A stretch of DNA of 64,000 nucleotides, from sequence record PP886230.1; one strand, written 5' to 3'. Every line of letters starts with the position of its first letter. Position 1 is the stretch's first letter. Below the pieces are notes generated by a model. It was not told the DNA's origin, did not search any database, and was given only the letters and a program-made list of their open reading frames with translations. The translations under genes and the position numbers were made by a program. Positions 1-11,980 of this stretch are shown here, one piece after another.

Positions 1-28
1 GATATAGCTAAACGTTTGATTAAGTTAA

Positions 29-1623
<1,595 letters not shown>

Positions 1624-1624
<1 letters not shown>

Positions 1625-2415
1625 TGCCAAGTAAGAGTAAAAGTCAGGCTAAATTCTTCGCAGCCGCCGCACACAATCCAGAATTTGCAAAGAAAGCTGG
1701 AATTTCACAAAGTGCTGCTAAAGAATGGAATGCCGCTGATGAAAAGGAAGGAAATCTTAAAAAAAGTTCTAAACTTCCTAATAAAGTAAAAGAAGCAAGT
1801 ATGCGTAGTTTAGTCGATATTGTACAAGATGCAGAATTAGCTGATACAGACGACAGAACTTGTGATATAATGGATTCATGTGAAGACGACAAAGATAAGT
1901 TGGATGAAATGCCACAACGTTTCGATAGTTTTCAAGGTCAAGACCGAGACGAGTTTGTCGATAAAACTGCCGAAATGACAGGTAAGCACAACATGGTTAA
2001 GTTCGCAGAACATAAAGACTATGATGTATATATGAACAAAAACGGTACTGGATTTATCGCTTACGATAAGTCTGGTAAACAGCTTGCTATAGTTAGTGGG
2101 CATTTATCCAATGATGCAGTACTTGGTGTTCAAAACGTTTTTGAAATTGCCGCAACTGCATCTAAAACTGGAACTAAAGGTATAATTTATAATATTTTTA
2201 TGGATATGATATCACATGGTATTAAAGTTCTGAGTGATAGTCTGCATACTGATGATGCAATTAAATTCTGGACCCGTTTAATTGGTTCCCATCAAGTTTA
2301 TATTGTTGGTGGTGGTGAAGTACTTGCAAAGGCGAGTCCAGATAAGGTTCATAAGTACTGGAGTGATGATGAATCAAGTCCAAGTGCCGAACTTCAACTT
2401 ATGTTAGTAAAATAA
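1624..2415 (+). CDS. Hypothetical protein: conserved phage N-terminal peptide + acidic linker + GNAT-like C-terminal domain
   Basis: N-terminus MPSKSKSQAKFFAAAAHNPEFAKKAGI resembles a peptide recalled from many phage ORFs; C-terminal GTKGIIY...VLSDSLHTDDAIKFWTRL fits a GNAT-like pattern; TAA/ATG coupled to upstream gene. Confidence 0.45.
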
Positions 2416-2419
2416 TAAT

Positions 2420-2450
2420 ATATCGGGACAAATTGTTCCGATATTTTTTT
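2420..2450 (+). terminator. Intrinsic terminator
   Basis: ATATCGGGACAA/TTGTTCCGATAT stem followed by T run. Confidence 0.75.
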
Positions 2451-2512
2451 GAGACAAACAAAACATTGGTGATACAATGTTTTATGACAAAGAGACATGA
2501 TAAGGAATTCAA

Positions 2513-4477
2513 ATGGCTAAGAAAGAAAGTGCTGTTCTACAGGAACATGATGTTCAACGACTAAATGATTATCAACATGCTCGTTTGCGTACCGAGATGT
2601 ATCTTGGTTCTCGTTCAGTGCATGAAAGTCAAGTACTGATTTTTGGCGAATCAGGTTATGAGGTTAAGAACGTAGAATGGGTTCCTGCAATTCTTACTGC
2701 TACACGTGAAATTATTGATAACAGCTTAGATGAATTTAAAAAAGCTGGAACCAAAGAACCTGTTTTGAAAGTTGATTTCAATGAAGAAGAACTATCATTT
2801 GAAATTAGTGACAATGGACGTGGTATTCCAATTGATTATGTTCCAGAGTATCAGAAAAACTTGTGTACTATGGTAATGACTGAAACAAAAACAGGCCGTA
2901 ACTTTGACGATTCAAAACGTGATGAAACGATTGGTCAGAATGGTTTAGGTGGTTCTGTTGCAATGATTGTCAGTTCTAAGGCAGAGTTAGAAATTCATCG
3001 CCAAGGTCGTCCGTATAAAACACAAAGTAGTAATGATGGTTATGATGGGTTTTATAAGTTCAATCAGAAGTTTGAGGAAGGAACTATTATGTTCCCTGAG
3101 CTTCATGTACACGAACCTACTATTAGAAAGGTACAAACCGATAAAACTGGAACAACAATTCGTTTTACTTTGAGTAAAGAAGTTTTTCCAAACAGAAAAC
3201 TACCAACCGAATTACTTTATAGTATTCTTAAAGAAATGGCAGCAGCTAACCCAACTTATAAAATCTTTCTGAACGGGAAACGTATTGCTATTAAAGGAAA
3301 CACTGAAAAAGCACTCTTCAATGCATCTAAATTAATGCAGTTGAATGTTAAAGATGATTCATTCAATTTTAACAGTACTTTTTATATTGTTCCTAATGCA
3401 GTAGCTGGCATGAACACGAATTTCCATATGCATGGGTTGGTTAACAATGCTCCTGCATTTGATGGTGGTACACATCTTGATACATTCAAGAAATTCTTCT
3501 CACTCGGTGTAGGAACTGCACTAGAGAAAGAATCTAAGAAACGTAGGATGAAACCTAATCGTTCTGATATTGAAGAAGGTTTGTTGATTTATAATGTCAC
3601 AACTATGAAAGCACCTTCATTCAACTCACAGATTAAATCTAAACTAACTAATGAAAACGTAATCCGTCCAATTCAACAAGCTATGAGTACCGAATGGTTT
3701 GATGAATTAGTTAAGAAGAACAAAGAATGGGTTGATGAAATCTTCGAACGTTGTGCTGCCCGTACAAATAAGAAAGATGCAGAAGAAGATCGTCGCCTAG
3801 CAAAGAAACTTCTAAAAGGTAAAGTTGCAAAACTATTGGATAGTACTGGAACAGACCGTTCACAGTGTATTCTATTGATTGCAGAAGGTGACTCTGCAAT
3901 TTCCAACATGGCTAGTGCTCGTATACCAAGTATTCATGGTATTCTACCATTGCGTGGGAAAATTATGAACGTCAGTGGTACTGAGAAAACCAAAGAATTA
4001 ATGGATTCAATGGCTTTACATGATATAATGGCTAGTATCAACTTAGTTCCAGGTGTTAAAGCAGAACGTTCTGAACTAAACTATGGTAAGCTTTACATCT
4101 GTGCTGATGAAGATGAAGATGGGAAGAACATTGGTGCTCTAGTGTGTAACTTCTTATTTAAATTCTGGCCTGAATTGTTTCAAGACCCAGAAAATCCATT
4201 TGTGTATGTATTCAAAACACCATTTATCATTCTTGAGAAAGGTAAAGAATCAAAATACTACTATGGTCATAATGTGCATGAATATAACCCAGATGATTGG
4301 AAAGGCTGGAAAGCAACGCGTGCAAAAGGTTTAGGAACTTTAGAAAAAGCAAACTTCCGTGATGCATTCACTAATAGTGTTGCAGTAGCGATCACCGATG
4401 ATGGACGTCTTGGAGAAACTCTTGATTTGATTTTCAACAAGAAACGTGCAGATGATCGTAAGAACTGGATGGAATAA
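2513..4477 (+). CDS. gp39: DNA topoisomerase II large subunit (GyrB/ParE-like; T4 gp39+gp60 in one chain)
   Basis: GHKL ATPase motifs EIIDNSLDE, DNGRGIP, GQNGLGG; TOPRIM motifs AEGDSA, PLRGKIMN, ADEDEDG, KGLG. Confidence 0.96.
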   Translation: MAKKESAVLQEHDVQRLNDYQHARLRTEMYLGSRSVHESQVLIFGESGYEVKNVEWVPAILTATREIIDNSLDEFKKAGTKEPVLKVDFNEEELSFEISDNGRGIPIDYVPEYQKNLCTMVMTETKTGRNFDDSKRDETIGQNGLGGSVAMIVSSKAELEIHRQGRPYKTQSSNDGYDGFYKFNQKFEEGTIMFPELHVHEPTIRKVQTDKTGTTIRFTLSKEVFPNRKLPTELLYSILKEMAAANPTYKIFLNGKRIAIKGNTEKALFNASKLMQLNVKDDSFNFNSTFYIVPNAVAGMNTNFHMHGLVNNAPAFDGGTHLDTFKKFFSLGVGTALEKESKKRRMKPNRSDIEEGLLIYNVTTMKAPSFNSQIKSKLTNENVIRPIQQAMSTEWFDELVKKNKEWVDEIFERCAARTNKKDAEEDRRLAKKLLKGKVAKLLDSTGTDRSQCILLIAEGDSAISNMASARIPSIHGILPLRGKIMNVSGTEKTKELMDSMALHDIMASINLVPGVKAERSELNYGKLYICADEDEDGKNIGALVCNFLFKFWPELFQDPENPFVYVFKTPFIILEKGKESKYYYGHNVHEYNPDDWKGWKATRAKGLGTLEKANFRDAFTNSVAVAITDDGRLGETLDLIFNKKRADDRKNWME

Positions 4478-4487
4478 TATAGACTAA

Positions 4488-4512
4488 TGGGGAACATGGT
4501 GTTCCCCTTTTA
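4488..4512 (+). terminator. Terminator-like hairpin between the two topoisomerase genes
   Basis: GGGGAAC-atggt-GTTCCCC-TTTT. Confidence 0.55.
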
Positions 4513-4527
4513 CCAAGAGACAATGGA

Positions 4528-5940
4528 ATGGCTAAAAGTAAAAAAACAGAAAATCATAATATCGATAACCAAACACTAACTCTACTAGATTATAACAGTT
4601 CTGATTATGTGAATACAACATCACTAGAATATTCGATGTATACACTAGACCGTGCTATTCCTGGAATTGATGGTCTAAAGAGTTCACAACGTAAAGCAAT
4701 CTTCACATTATCTAAAATTAGTGGGGAAATTAAGACAGTATCATGTGCTGGAAAAATGATTAGTGATGGTATCTATCTTCATGGGGACATGTCAGCATCA
4801 GGAACACTTCAAAATCTAGCATCTCCAGTAGCTAACAACTATCCTCTTATTGGAAAACGTGGTGGTTTTGGTACACAAGTAAACAGTACACCAGCATCTG
4901 CTCGTTACACTTATGTTAAAAAGAATAAGAGTACTGAGATGCTTGTTTTGCGTGATGCTGATATTATACCAATGAAAGAGAACTATGACGGGACAACATA
5001 TGAACCTGTTCATTTCTTGCCTATTATTCCATTATCATTGTTTGGTAATGATAGTATGTCAGTTGGTTATAAGAGTACAATTCTACCACATAAAATTGAA
5101 GATATTATTGATAATTGCATTCGTGCTATTGATAAAAAACCACTAAAAGAAATGACCCCATATTATGTTTCATGTGGTGCAAGTGATGTTGTGACTAAGC
5201 TTGATGAAAATAAGTATGAATTCTATGGTAAAGCTGAGGTTATTGATGCAAGCACTGTTAAAGTAACAGGCTTACCACCTAATTACAGTATTGAGAAATT
5301 CATCGAAAAACTAATCAAAATGAGTGATGATGGTGAGATTCGTGATTATGACAATGATAGTACTGATGTAATTGATATTACCATTAAACTTCCACGTGGA
5401 ACGTCAGCTAAATGGACAGAGATGGATGTTATTGAGTATTTTGGCATTAACAAAAAAATGACTCAACATTTAACTGTTCTAGGTGAAAATGGCAAAGTGA
5501 AAGTTTACGATACTACGATGGATTTGATTAAAGACTTCGTTGATTTCCGTTTCAAATATTACATCAAGCGTTATGAAAAGAAACTTGATGATTGTGCTGC
5601 TGAAGTTCGTTATAAAATTCTAATTAAAGAATGTTTCGATAATGATATGATTGCTAAGGTAAAAGGATTTGCAAACCGTGCTGAAATGGTTGAATTCGTT
5701 AAATCGTTAAATACCGAAATTGAAGCAACGGAAGAGAATATTCAAAGCATTGTAAACTTCCCTTCATATCGCTGGACGCAAGATAATTATCAATCAGTAC
5801 TACAAGATATTCAAGATAATCTTGATTTGATGGATAAGTACAATGAACTGTTATCTAATCATGACTTAATTTGGGACATTTATAAATCTGAACTAAAAGA
5901 ACTAAGAAAGATTGACTTTACTCCTAAATCAGACAATTGA
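4528..5940 (+). CDS. gp52: DNA topoisomerase II medium subunit (GyrA/ParC-like, T4 gp52)
   Basis: RAIPGIDGLKSSQRK, YLHGDMS, active-site PASARYTY, PIIPLSL; adjacent to large subunit. Confidence 0.95.
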   Translation: MAKSKKTENHNIDNQTLTLLDYNSSDYVNTTSLEYSMYTLDRAIPGIDGLKSSQRKAIFTLSKISGEIKTVSCAGKMISDGIYLHGDMSASGTLQNLASPVANNYPLIGKRGGFGTQVNSTPASARYTYVKKNKSTEMLVLRDADIIPMKENYDGTTYEPVHFLPIIPLSLFGNDSMSVGYKSTILPHKIEDIIDNCIRAIDKKPLKEMTPYYVSCGASDVVTKLDENKYEFYGKAEVIDASTVKVTGLPPNYSIEKFIEKLIKMSDDGEIRDYDNDSTDVIDITIKLPRGTSAKWTEMDVIEYFGINKKMTQHLTVLGENGKVKVYDTTMDLIKDFVDFRFKYYIKRYEKKLDDCAAEVRYKILIKECFDNDMIAKVKGFANRAEMVEFVKSLNTEIEATEENIQSIVNFPSYRWTQDNYQSVLQDIQDNLDLMDKYNELLSNHDLIWDIYKSELKELRKIDFTPKSDN

Positions 5941-5950
5941 TATATTTAAT

Positions 5951-5972
5951 GGAAGACCTTATGGGTCTTCCT
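5951..5972 (+). terminator. Intrinsic terminator
   Basis: GGAAGACC-ttatg-GGTCTTCC with short pyrimidine tail. Confidence 0.6.
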
Positions 5973-5981
5973 TGTCCTTTA

Positions 5982-5989
5982 TATAAATA
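5982..5989 (+). promoter_or_regulatory. T4-type late promoter TATAAATA
   Basis: Exact T4 late consensus about 40 bp upstream of a large virion-type gene. Confidence 0.6.
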
Positions 5990-6027
5990 ATCTATAGATA
6001 ATGGCAGCTTGGCTATGGAGAATTATA

Positions 6028-8421
6028 ATGACAACTTTTACCCCACGATGGGATATAAAAGCCGATGCTCGATATATACAAGAAGGACAAGACATTCTTG
6101 TGCGTTTGAGTATCAATAAAGAAAGCACAACGGATGATAGCTATGTATTAAATGAAGATGAATACTTAGAAATGATTCTTAACATACAATGCTTGGATAG
6201 TTCAGGTGCTGTATTTGATCCAGAACCACATTATACTTTTTATGTTGGTAATGACGAAAATACTTTTGTTCCTATTTCAGATGGTACAACTGGTAATAAA
6301 TTAGTAAATGGTAAGCATAAGTGTAAAATCAGCAAAAATGAATTTAACTTATCTGCAAGTACTAATAGTGAAGATGTTTATTTTATAAAAATTCATTGTA
6401 AAAATGATGGAACCTATAATAATACAGAAATTATAAATTTTTATTTACAAGCAGTAAATGTTATGTATTTTGGAAATATTTCACCAAGTGGTGTTCTAGG
6501 ATTAACTGATACATCAATAACATATGATAGTCAAGAAGTTTGGGTTACACCCGGAGTTGAGATTGGTGATGACAAAAAGCTTTATTGTATTGGTGATGTT
6601 GAGTATGGCTCCAACAGTACATTGTTCGTTCAAGGATTTGGAAGAAGACGACCTTTCATTTTGGGTACTGACATGACTACTGATATTACACCTCGTGTCT
6701 TTTTTCCAGCATATCGTTTGATTGACATGGATATTTCTGAAGTTCCAGATAAACATATTACGAATGATTTCGCAGTATTCAAGCCAGCACAATCAACATG
6801 GCCTATTTCTGGTATAAACAAAGAAGTAAAAGTTAATATTCAAAATAGAAATGGTAATTTAATTGACACTGGAATGGTGTTCAACCCAAATGGGCAATTA
6901 TTGCAAACATTTTTATATGACTCAGATGCTTGTGATGCATATTTTAAAGTTGAGATTGTTGATATATTAAGTACATACACCGAAGAAAGTGAAAGGTTTG
7001 CTATCAATCAACGATATAAAGCATATCAAATGTGGGTTTGTCCTGAAGACATAGATACTATATATTCTATTTCAGAAAAACCACTACCCAATCATTTATA
7101 TCAATTAAAAGATAATGTTGTGTATCCATACGTAATTAGTGGTGAATACGATAATGGAACAATTAAGCCCGTTTATGATAGTAGTGATTGGATTGATTTA
7201 GGATATTATGACTCTACTCTTGGTGATAATATCATTGGTATGCAAAAAATGTTCAGGGTTTTGATAAACGCAGAAGAAGGTAATAATATAAACTTTATTA
7301 CTGATAGTGATTTAGGAACCATACATGTTGGTGAATATTTTGGAGACAGTATATATCCTAAAATTGAAACTGATAGCTCTAATCAAGTTTCGTATGTTTT
7401 AGATGGTGGTGATGACATTAGAAAGTATGGGATAGATTTGACACCAGATGGATATCTTGTAGGAACTGCATATGCCAAAAGTATTGATTTTAGTGAAAAT
7501 GATGATATTAAATTATCGTTTTATGTTAAAGCATTTAGTACTGAAGGTGGTGAAGCAAGAAAAATATTTAACCTTAAGATTGTAAGAGGATTCGGACAGA
7601 ATTATTTGAGTGCACATGTATTACCTTCGGTTGCATTTGAGAGAGAATGGTTTAAATGTATAAGTACTTCATCATTCACTAATCAACTATTTTTCCGACA
7701 ATCTGACAATAGATATGGTCTTCAGAAAATACCGAAGATGTTATTGAAAGAAAACTTCCTAAGTCAAACGTATCCATATACTAACCTTTCTGATATCAAG
7801 AAAGTATTGAGAAATAGTATAATTAACCCAAATGGAACTACTATTCCAAATGGAAAATTTAAAATGGTAATGGGTAATTATAAAATAATATCAGCACTTG
7901 ACAATCAAGGTAACTTACAATATGATCTATTATATAGAGAGGTTTTACCTGAAGGTTCTTTAGTATCTGTATCCAAAAATCCACGTCAATATACTCAAAT
8001 CGACAACGGTCAGCTTGGTGAATTATTTGGTTTACGACAAAATATTTTTCAGGCTATTGGTGAAGACACAACCAACTTAGTAAAAGACCCAACCGATTTA
8101 CAAAATCGTGGTCTATACGTTGATGCGATACCAAGTATCAGTGATGAAATGCTTGATACGGTTCCAAGATTTATGAATCACCCATACATTGAAGATGGTA
8201 TACAGAAAAAATTCATGCCTATCATTCCAGTTGCATATTGTCAACCAGGGAAAGGTGAAGCATTTTTCAACACTTTACTTCAGAACAATGAACATGGTAC
8301 AATGGTAGGTGTAGAGTTCGAAATCACATCGGTTGAATTCGGATACTTTTCGCATGAATCAGTGAATTATGTTTCAGATACATTTTTGATTACATTGCAA
8401 AACAATAACATAGGAGGTTAA
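6028..8421 (+). CDS. Large putative virion structural protein (baseplate/tail type)
   Basis: About 797 aa, D/N/G/Y-rich beta-type composition, late-promoter motif upstream; start moved to 6028 (GGAG RBS). Confidence 0.55.
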   Translation: MTTFTPRWDIKADARYIQEGQDILVRLSINKESTTDDSYVLNEDEYLEMILNIQCLDSSGAVFDPEPHYTFYVGNDENTFVPISDGTTGNKLVNGKHKCKISKNEFNLSASTNSEDVYFIKIHCKNDGTYNNTEIINFYLQAVNVMYFGNISPSGVLGLTDTSITYDSQEVWVTPGVEIGDDKKLYCIGDVEYGSNSTLFVQGFGRRRPFILGTDMTTDITPRVFFPAYRLIDMDISEVPDKHITNDFAVFKPAQSTWPISGINKEVKVNIQNRNGNLIDTGMVFNPNGQLLQTFLYDSDACDAYFKVEIVDILSTYTEESERFAINQRYKAYQMWVCPEDIDTIYSISEKPLPNHLYQLKDNVVYPYVISGEYDNGTIKPVYDSSDWIDLGYYDSTLGDNIIGMQKMFRVLINAEEGNNINFITDSDLGTIHVGEYFGDSIYPKIETDSSNQVSYVLDGGDDIRKYGIDLTPDGYLVGTAYAKSIDFSENDDIKLSFYVKAFSTEGGEARKIFNLKIVRGFGQNYLSAHVLPSVAFEREWFKCISTSSFTNQLFFRQSDNRYGLQKIPKMLLKENFLSQTYPYTNLSDIKKVLRNSIINPNGTTIPNGKFKMVMGNYKIISALDNQGNLQYDLLYREVLPEGSLVSVSKNPRQYTQIDNGQLGELFGLRQNIFQAIGEDTTNLVKDPTDLQNRGLYVDAIPSISDEMLDTVPRFMNHPYIEDGIQKKFMPIIPVAYCQPGKGEAFFNTLLQNNEHGTMVGVEFEITSVEFGYFSHESVNYVSDTFLITLQNNNIGG

Positions 8422-8422
8422 T

Positions 8423-8734
8423 ATGTTTAATCCGTTTTTTGACCCGTCTGGAATGACGGAAAAAGAACTACAGTTAAAAATTAATGAACAGTCAATGCGT
8501 TTGACTTCTGCTCGTGCTGCTGGCCTAAGCGACATGATTATTGGTAATATGCAAACTGTCTTAAATCAATGTTATGCTGAACTAGAACTTCGCCAAGGAC
8601 AAAAAGAAAAAACTGTTTATGACGAAGAAGACCCATGTATCTTCGATATGGATTCATATCTAACTGACAACGAAGAGGCCCAGAAGAAGAAAAATGAAAG
8701 TACAAGGAAACAGATTTATAAGTCCCAATGGTGA
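8423..8734 (+). CDS. Conserved jumbo-phage hypothetical protein
   Basis: GGAGG RBS; helical N-terminal domain with acidic tail. Confidence 0.75.
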   Translation: MFNPFFDPSGMTEKELQLKINEQSMRLTSARAAGLSDMIIGNMQTVLNQCYAELELRQGQKEKTVYDEEDPCIFDMDSYLTDNEEAQKKKNESTRKQIYKSQW

Positions 8735-9212
8735 TGTGAAATGTAATCTTAACGCAGTTGTTTATGCAATCAATTGCGGTGCAGATATCCAGTACTTACA
8801 ATTGCAGGAAATTGATGAACCTGAAAGGTTGAAATTCAATGATAACTGTAAAAAATTTGGCTTAGAACAACGTATGCTGGATTATACAATTGAGCATGAT
8901 AAAAATCATGAACTGTGGCGATATGATCCAGTATACGACAATATAAATCTGCGTGACTTTTTCTTACAAAAATGCACATCCGATGAAGCACGAAAACGTG
9001 TTGAGTATGAACTTGATTTATATGAATATTATAATATGACAAAGCTACTAAGATGTATGATATGGCTTGTTGATTATATGGAAGAAAATGAGATCTTTTG
9101 GGGTCTAGGTCGTGGAAGCTCTGTTGCATCATACTGTTTGTTTTTGATTGGACTACATATGGTAGATTCATTGAAGTACGAACTTGATGTTAACGAATTT
9201 TTGAAATGGTAG
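8694..9212 (+). CDS. dnaE: Stand-alone fragment of DNA polymerase III alpha subunit (DnaE palm N-part)
   Basis: RVEYELDLY...WLVDYMEENEIFWGLGRGSSVASYCLFLIGLHMVDSLKYELDVNEFL matches the DnaE RLxxEL...GxGRGS...L.FERFL segment; ends before the PDxD catalytic motif. Confidence 0.85.
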   Translation: MKVQGNRFISPNGDVKCNLNAVVYAINCGADIQYLQLQEIDEPERLKFNDNCKKFGLEQRMLDYTIEHDKNHELWRYDPVYDNINLRDFFLQKCTSDEARKRVEYELDLYEYYNMTKLLRCMIWLVDYMEENEIFWGLGRGSSVASYCLFLIGLHMVDSLKYELDVNEFLKW

Positions 9213-9275
9213 AAAAACATGTGATATAATGTTTATTGTAGGCTTATATCACACATACAATAAAAGGATTTTGAT

Positions 9276-9620
9276 ATGTCTAAACATACAACTTATCGTG
9301 GTACAACAATTGACATGGATATGCTCAAGTACCAAAATCAACATCAGGTAGCATTGGGTAATGCTAATCTAAACGCACGTGGTGATAAAATCGGTTCCGG
9401 TGGAACAATTATTAAAACTCGTGAAGAGTTGATTCAAGAAAAAGAACGAGAAATGCAAATTCCTGATTATATCCCTGAACATCAACTTCATAGTACTGAA
9501 CATGGTACGGATGAAGTATGGGATGATGAGAGTTTTGAAGTTAAGCCCGAAGAACAAGAAGCTGAGGTTTCTGAAGAGAAGAAAGCACCACGTCGAGCTA
9601 GAACCAAAGATCAGGAGTAA
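9276..9620 (+). CDS. Conserved jumbo-phage hypothetical protein
   Basis: AAGGA RBS; motif YRGTTIDM...ALGNANLNARGDKIGSGG; acidic/basic tail. Confidence 0.75.
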   Translation: MSKHTTYRGTTIDMDMLKYQNQHQVALGNANLNARGDKIGSGGTIIKTREELIQEKEREMQIPDYIPEHQLHSTEHGTDEVWDDESFEVKPEEQEAEVSEEKKAPRRARTKDQE

Positions 9621-9628
9621 TATATTAA

Positions 9629-9955
9629 ATGACTAATAAAGTAATGACTGCATGTAAAGGTAAAGTACTGGTAACTGAACTGGAACATGGTGAACGCAAA
9701 ACAGCAGGTGGTATCGTTTTAACAAACGATGACGGTAAAATTAGAGGTATTCGTTCTCGCTGGGCAAAAGTTTATTCTGTAGGCGAAGACATTACTGATA
9801 TTAAAGAAGGTCAATGGATTTTAATTGATCATGGTCGATGGTCAAGAACTATTGAAGTTGATGGTATTGAATTAAACTTGGTTGATTATCCAGCCGCAGT
9901 TAGTTTAGTTTCAGATGAAGATCCACGAACTAAAATGCTAACCTTTGGTCGTTAA
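9629..9955 (+). CDS. groES: Co-chaperonin GroES (Cpn10)
   Basis: KVLVTELEHGERKTAGGIVL mobile-loop motif, V..VG...DIKEGQWIL; 108 aa. Confidence 0.9.
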   Translation: MTNKVMTACKGKVLVTELEHGERKTAGGIVLTNDDGKIRGIRSRWAKVYSVGEDITDIKEGQWILIDHGRWSRTIEVDGIELNLVDYPAAVSLVSDEDPRTKMLTFGR

Positions 9956-9968
9956 TAAAATATAATTA

Positions 9969-9997
9969 AAGCTCGGATGAATATCTGGGCTTTTTAT
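9969..9997 (+). terminator. Intrinsic terminator
   Basis: AGCTCGGAT-gaat-ATCTGGGCT followed by T run. Confidence 0.65.
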
Positions 9998-10008
9998 TTG
10001 GACAGATT

Positions 10009-10281
10009 TTGATGATAACTGATGATGGAAAATTTAGTTTCAAGGATGTAACATTAGTATCTAAAAACGGAAGATTCATGTTTGAAGATAGAAAAAATAC
10101 CAAATATGTATATGAAGTTTCACATGATATGTTTAAAGTTTTATTAGTTGCATCAGCCCAAGCTGAAAGTACTGGGATTAAAAATAAGGCAAATTCTTTT
10201 AATTTTTTATTAAATCAATTGGAAATGACAGAAGAACTTTTCACGGCTTTATTATATAATTCAGCCGATTGGATTCTATAA
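10009..10281 (+). CDS. Hypothetical protein
   Basis: Fills the gap in the + strand tiling; TTG start; no motif recognised. Confidence 0.6.
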   Translation: MMITDDGKFSFKDVTLVSKNGRFMFEDRKNTKYVYEVSHDMFKVLLVASAQAESTGIKNKANSFNFLLNQLEMTEELFTALLYNSADWIL

Positions 10282-10304
10282 CACGTACACATAAGGAAAT
10301 ACAA

Positions 10305-11258
10305 ATGACCACACTATGGACTGAAAAATATCGCCCACAATCAATGGAAGATTATGTATCAAAAAACGATGCACTACGCCAGAAAATGGAAGAATGGATT
10401 AAGACTGGTGACATTCCACATATTGGGTTTTTTGGCCCAGCAGGAACTGGTAAAACATCTGCGATCAAAGTACTAATTAATGGACTAGTTCAAAATGGAC
10501 ACCTTGATCCAAGTGATGTGACCACGCTTAACATGTCCGATGAAGGCATTGATGCTGTTCGTGACAAAATCGATGCCGCAGCAAAGCTATCATGTTTTGG
10601 TAGATATCGTATTTTTGTTCTTGAAGAAATGGAGCAGATGAACCACAAAGCACAAGGTAGTTTGAAACGTGTAATGGAAGACTATCATGAAAATGCTCGC
10701 TTTATTTTAACAAGTAACGAACCACATAAAATTCAAAAACCTATCATTTCTCGTGTTCAAGTTATTACAATCGAAAAGCATGATATGGAACAATTCATGA
10801 CTCGAATTTATAATATTCTTCTAGCAGAAGGTGTTGATTTGAGTAGTGATGATAGTGTTGAACAAGTTCAAAAGTACATCAATGCTTCCTATCCTGATTT
10901 CCGTAAAACACTAAACGTATTGCAAAGTTCAGTTGTTGATGGTAAGCTAGTAAAACTTGAAGATAGTATTGAAAATTCAGCAGGGTATCGTACTGCAATT
11001 GTTGAAGCATTAAAGGCAGGCAACATTCGCCAAATGCGTGAACAAATTGTACAAAATATCCCTGATGATGAGATGGATGCATTTTTCTCTTACTTGTACA
11101 GAAATGCTGAAATGTTCAGTACTGATGAAATCACACTGATGAAGATTAAAGTTAAAATTCGTGATGCAGTTGTTAAGCAAGCAACAGTATCAGACCGTGA
11201 AATGAATCTTAGTGCTTTACTGTGTGAGATTGACCTAATTTGTTCGGGGAACATGTAA
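10305..11258 (+). CDS. gp44: Sliding-clamp loader ATPase subunit (RFC small / T4 gp44-like)
   Basis: LWTEKYRPQS, Walker A GPAGTGKT, FILTSN...IISRV; start moved to 10305 (TAAGGA RBS). Confidence 0.93.
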   Translation: MTTLWTEKYRPQSMEDYVSKNDALRQKMEEWIKTGDIPHIGFFGPAGTGKTSAIKVLINGLVQNGHLDPSDVTTLNMSDEGIDAVRDKIDAAAKLSCFGRYRIFVLEEMEQMNHKAQGSLKRVMEDYHENARFILTSNEPHKIQKPIISRVQVITIEKHDMEQFMTRIYNILLAEGVDLSSDDSVEQVQKYINASYPDFRKTLNVLQSSVVDGKLVKLEDSIENSAGYRTAIVEALKAGNIRQMREQIVQNIPDDEMDAFFSYLYRNAEMFSTDEITLMKIKVKIRDAVVKQATVSDREMNLSALLCEIDLICSGNM

Positions 11259-11884
11259 TGAAACCACGTTGTATAGTTTTTGATTGTGATGAAGTTCTAT
11301 TGGACCATATGGGTATGCTTTCTGAGTTTGTAAAACAAACTTATAATATCACACCATCAACACCATACCCATTAGAATATGATTTATCAGACTGGTTGGG
11401 TGTTCCTCAACCTGAAGTTAAAAAGATTCTTGAACAGTTCAACCAACAATCATATTTGTTTGGGTTGTTAAAGCCAGTCGAACCAAATACAGTTGATATT
11501 GTACAAGAGCTACGTGATCGTTTTCATAAAGAAAAATTCGTAGTACTCACAAAATGTGGTAAAAAAGGCTATGGTGAAGTTTTACGAAATGTAAATCTAA
11601 TGCGTGAATTTGGTGAAAACTGCTTTGATGAGATTATTATCATAGAAATGAATGAATCAAAGAAAGAAGCATTAGAGGATTTACAAACACGATATGATGT
11701 AAAACTAATGATTGATGATTATATCAATAATATTGAAACTGCTATGGGTCTTGGTATTCCATCAGTTATGATGGGATGTTCTCATAATACTATGTATAAG
11801 AATCATAGTGGTTTTGAATATATCGAAAACTGGACAGAACTTAGACTGAAAATTTATTCAGTACTAGGTAAATATTACAAATAA
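11258..11884 (+). CDS. HAD-superfamily phosphatase (5'(3')-deoxyribonucleotidase-like)
   Basis: Motif I VFDCDEVL, motif IV LMIDDYINNI; TAATG overlap with upstream stop. Confidence 0.8.
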   Translation: MKPRCIVFDCDEVLLDHMGMLSEFVKQTYNITPSTPYPLEYDLSDWLGVPQPEVKKILEQFNQQSYLFGLLKPVEPNTVDIVQELRDRFHKEKFVVLTKCGKKGYGEVLRNVNLMREFGENCFDEIIIIEMNESKKEALEDLQTRYDVKLMIDDYINNIETAMGLGIPSVMMGCSHNTMYKNHSGFEYIENWTELRLKIYSVLGKYYK

Positions 11885-11895
11885 AACTTTTAAAT

Positions 11896-11920
11896 TGGGG
11901 TTTGATTCAAACCCCTTTTG
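11896..11920 (+). terminator. Intrinsic terminator
   Basis: GGGGTTTGA/TCAAACCCC stem followed by TTTT. Confidence 0.65.
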
Positions 11921-11980
11921 TTGTATTTTAAAAGTAGTAAATAGTATTATATGTGCTAGTTTTTAAGGATAATATAAAAT

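Noticed and set aside
8423-9212. Programmed frameshift joining ORF 8423 to the DnaE fragment
   Set aside because: ORF 8423 has no PHP or DnaE similarity, and the downstream ORF has its own ATG with a GAGG RBS.
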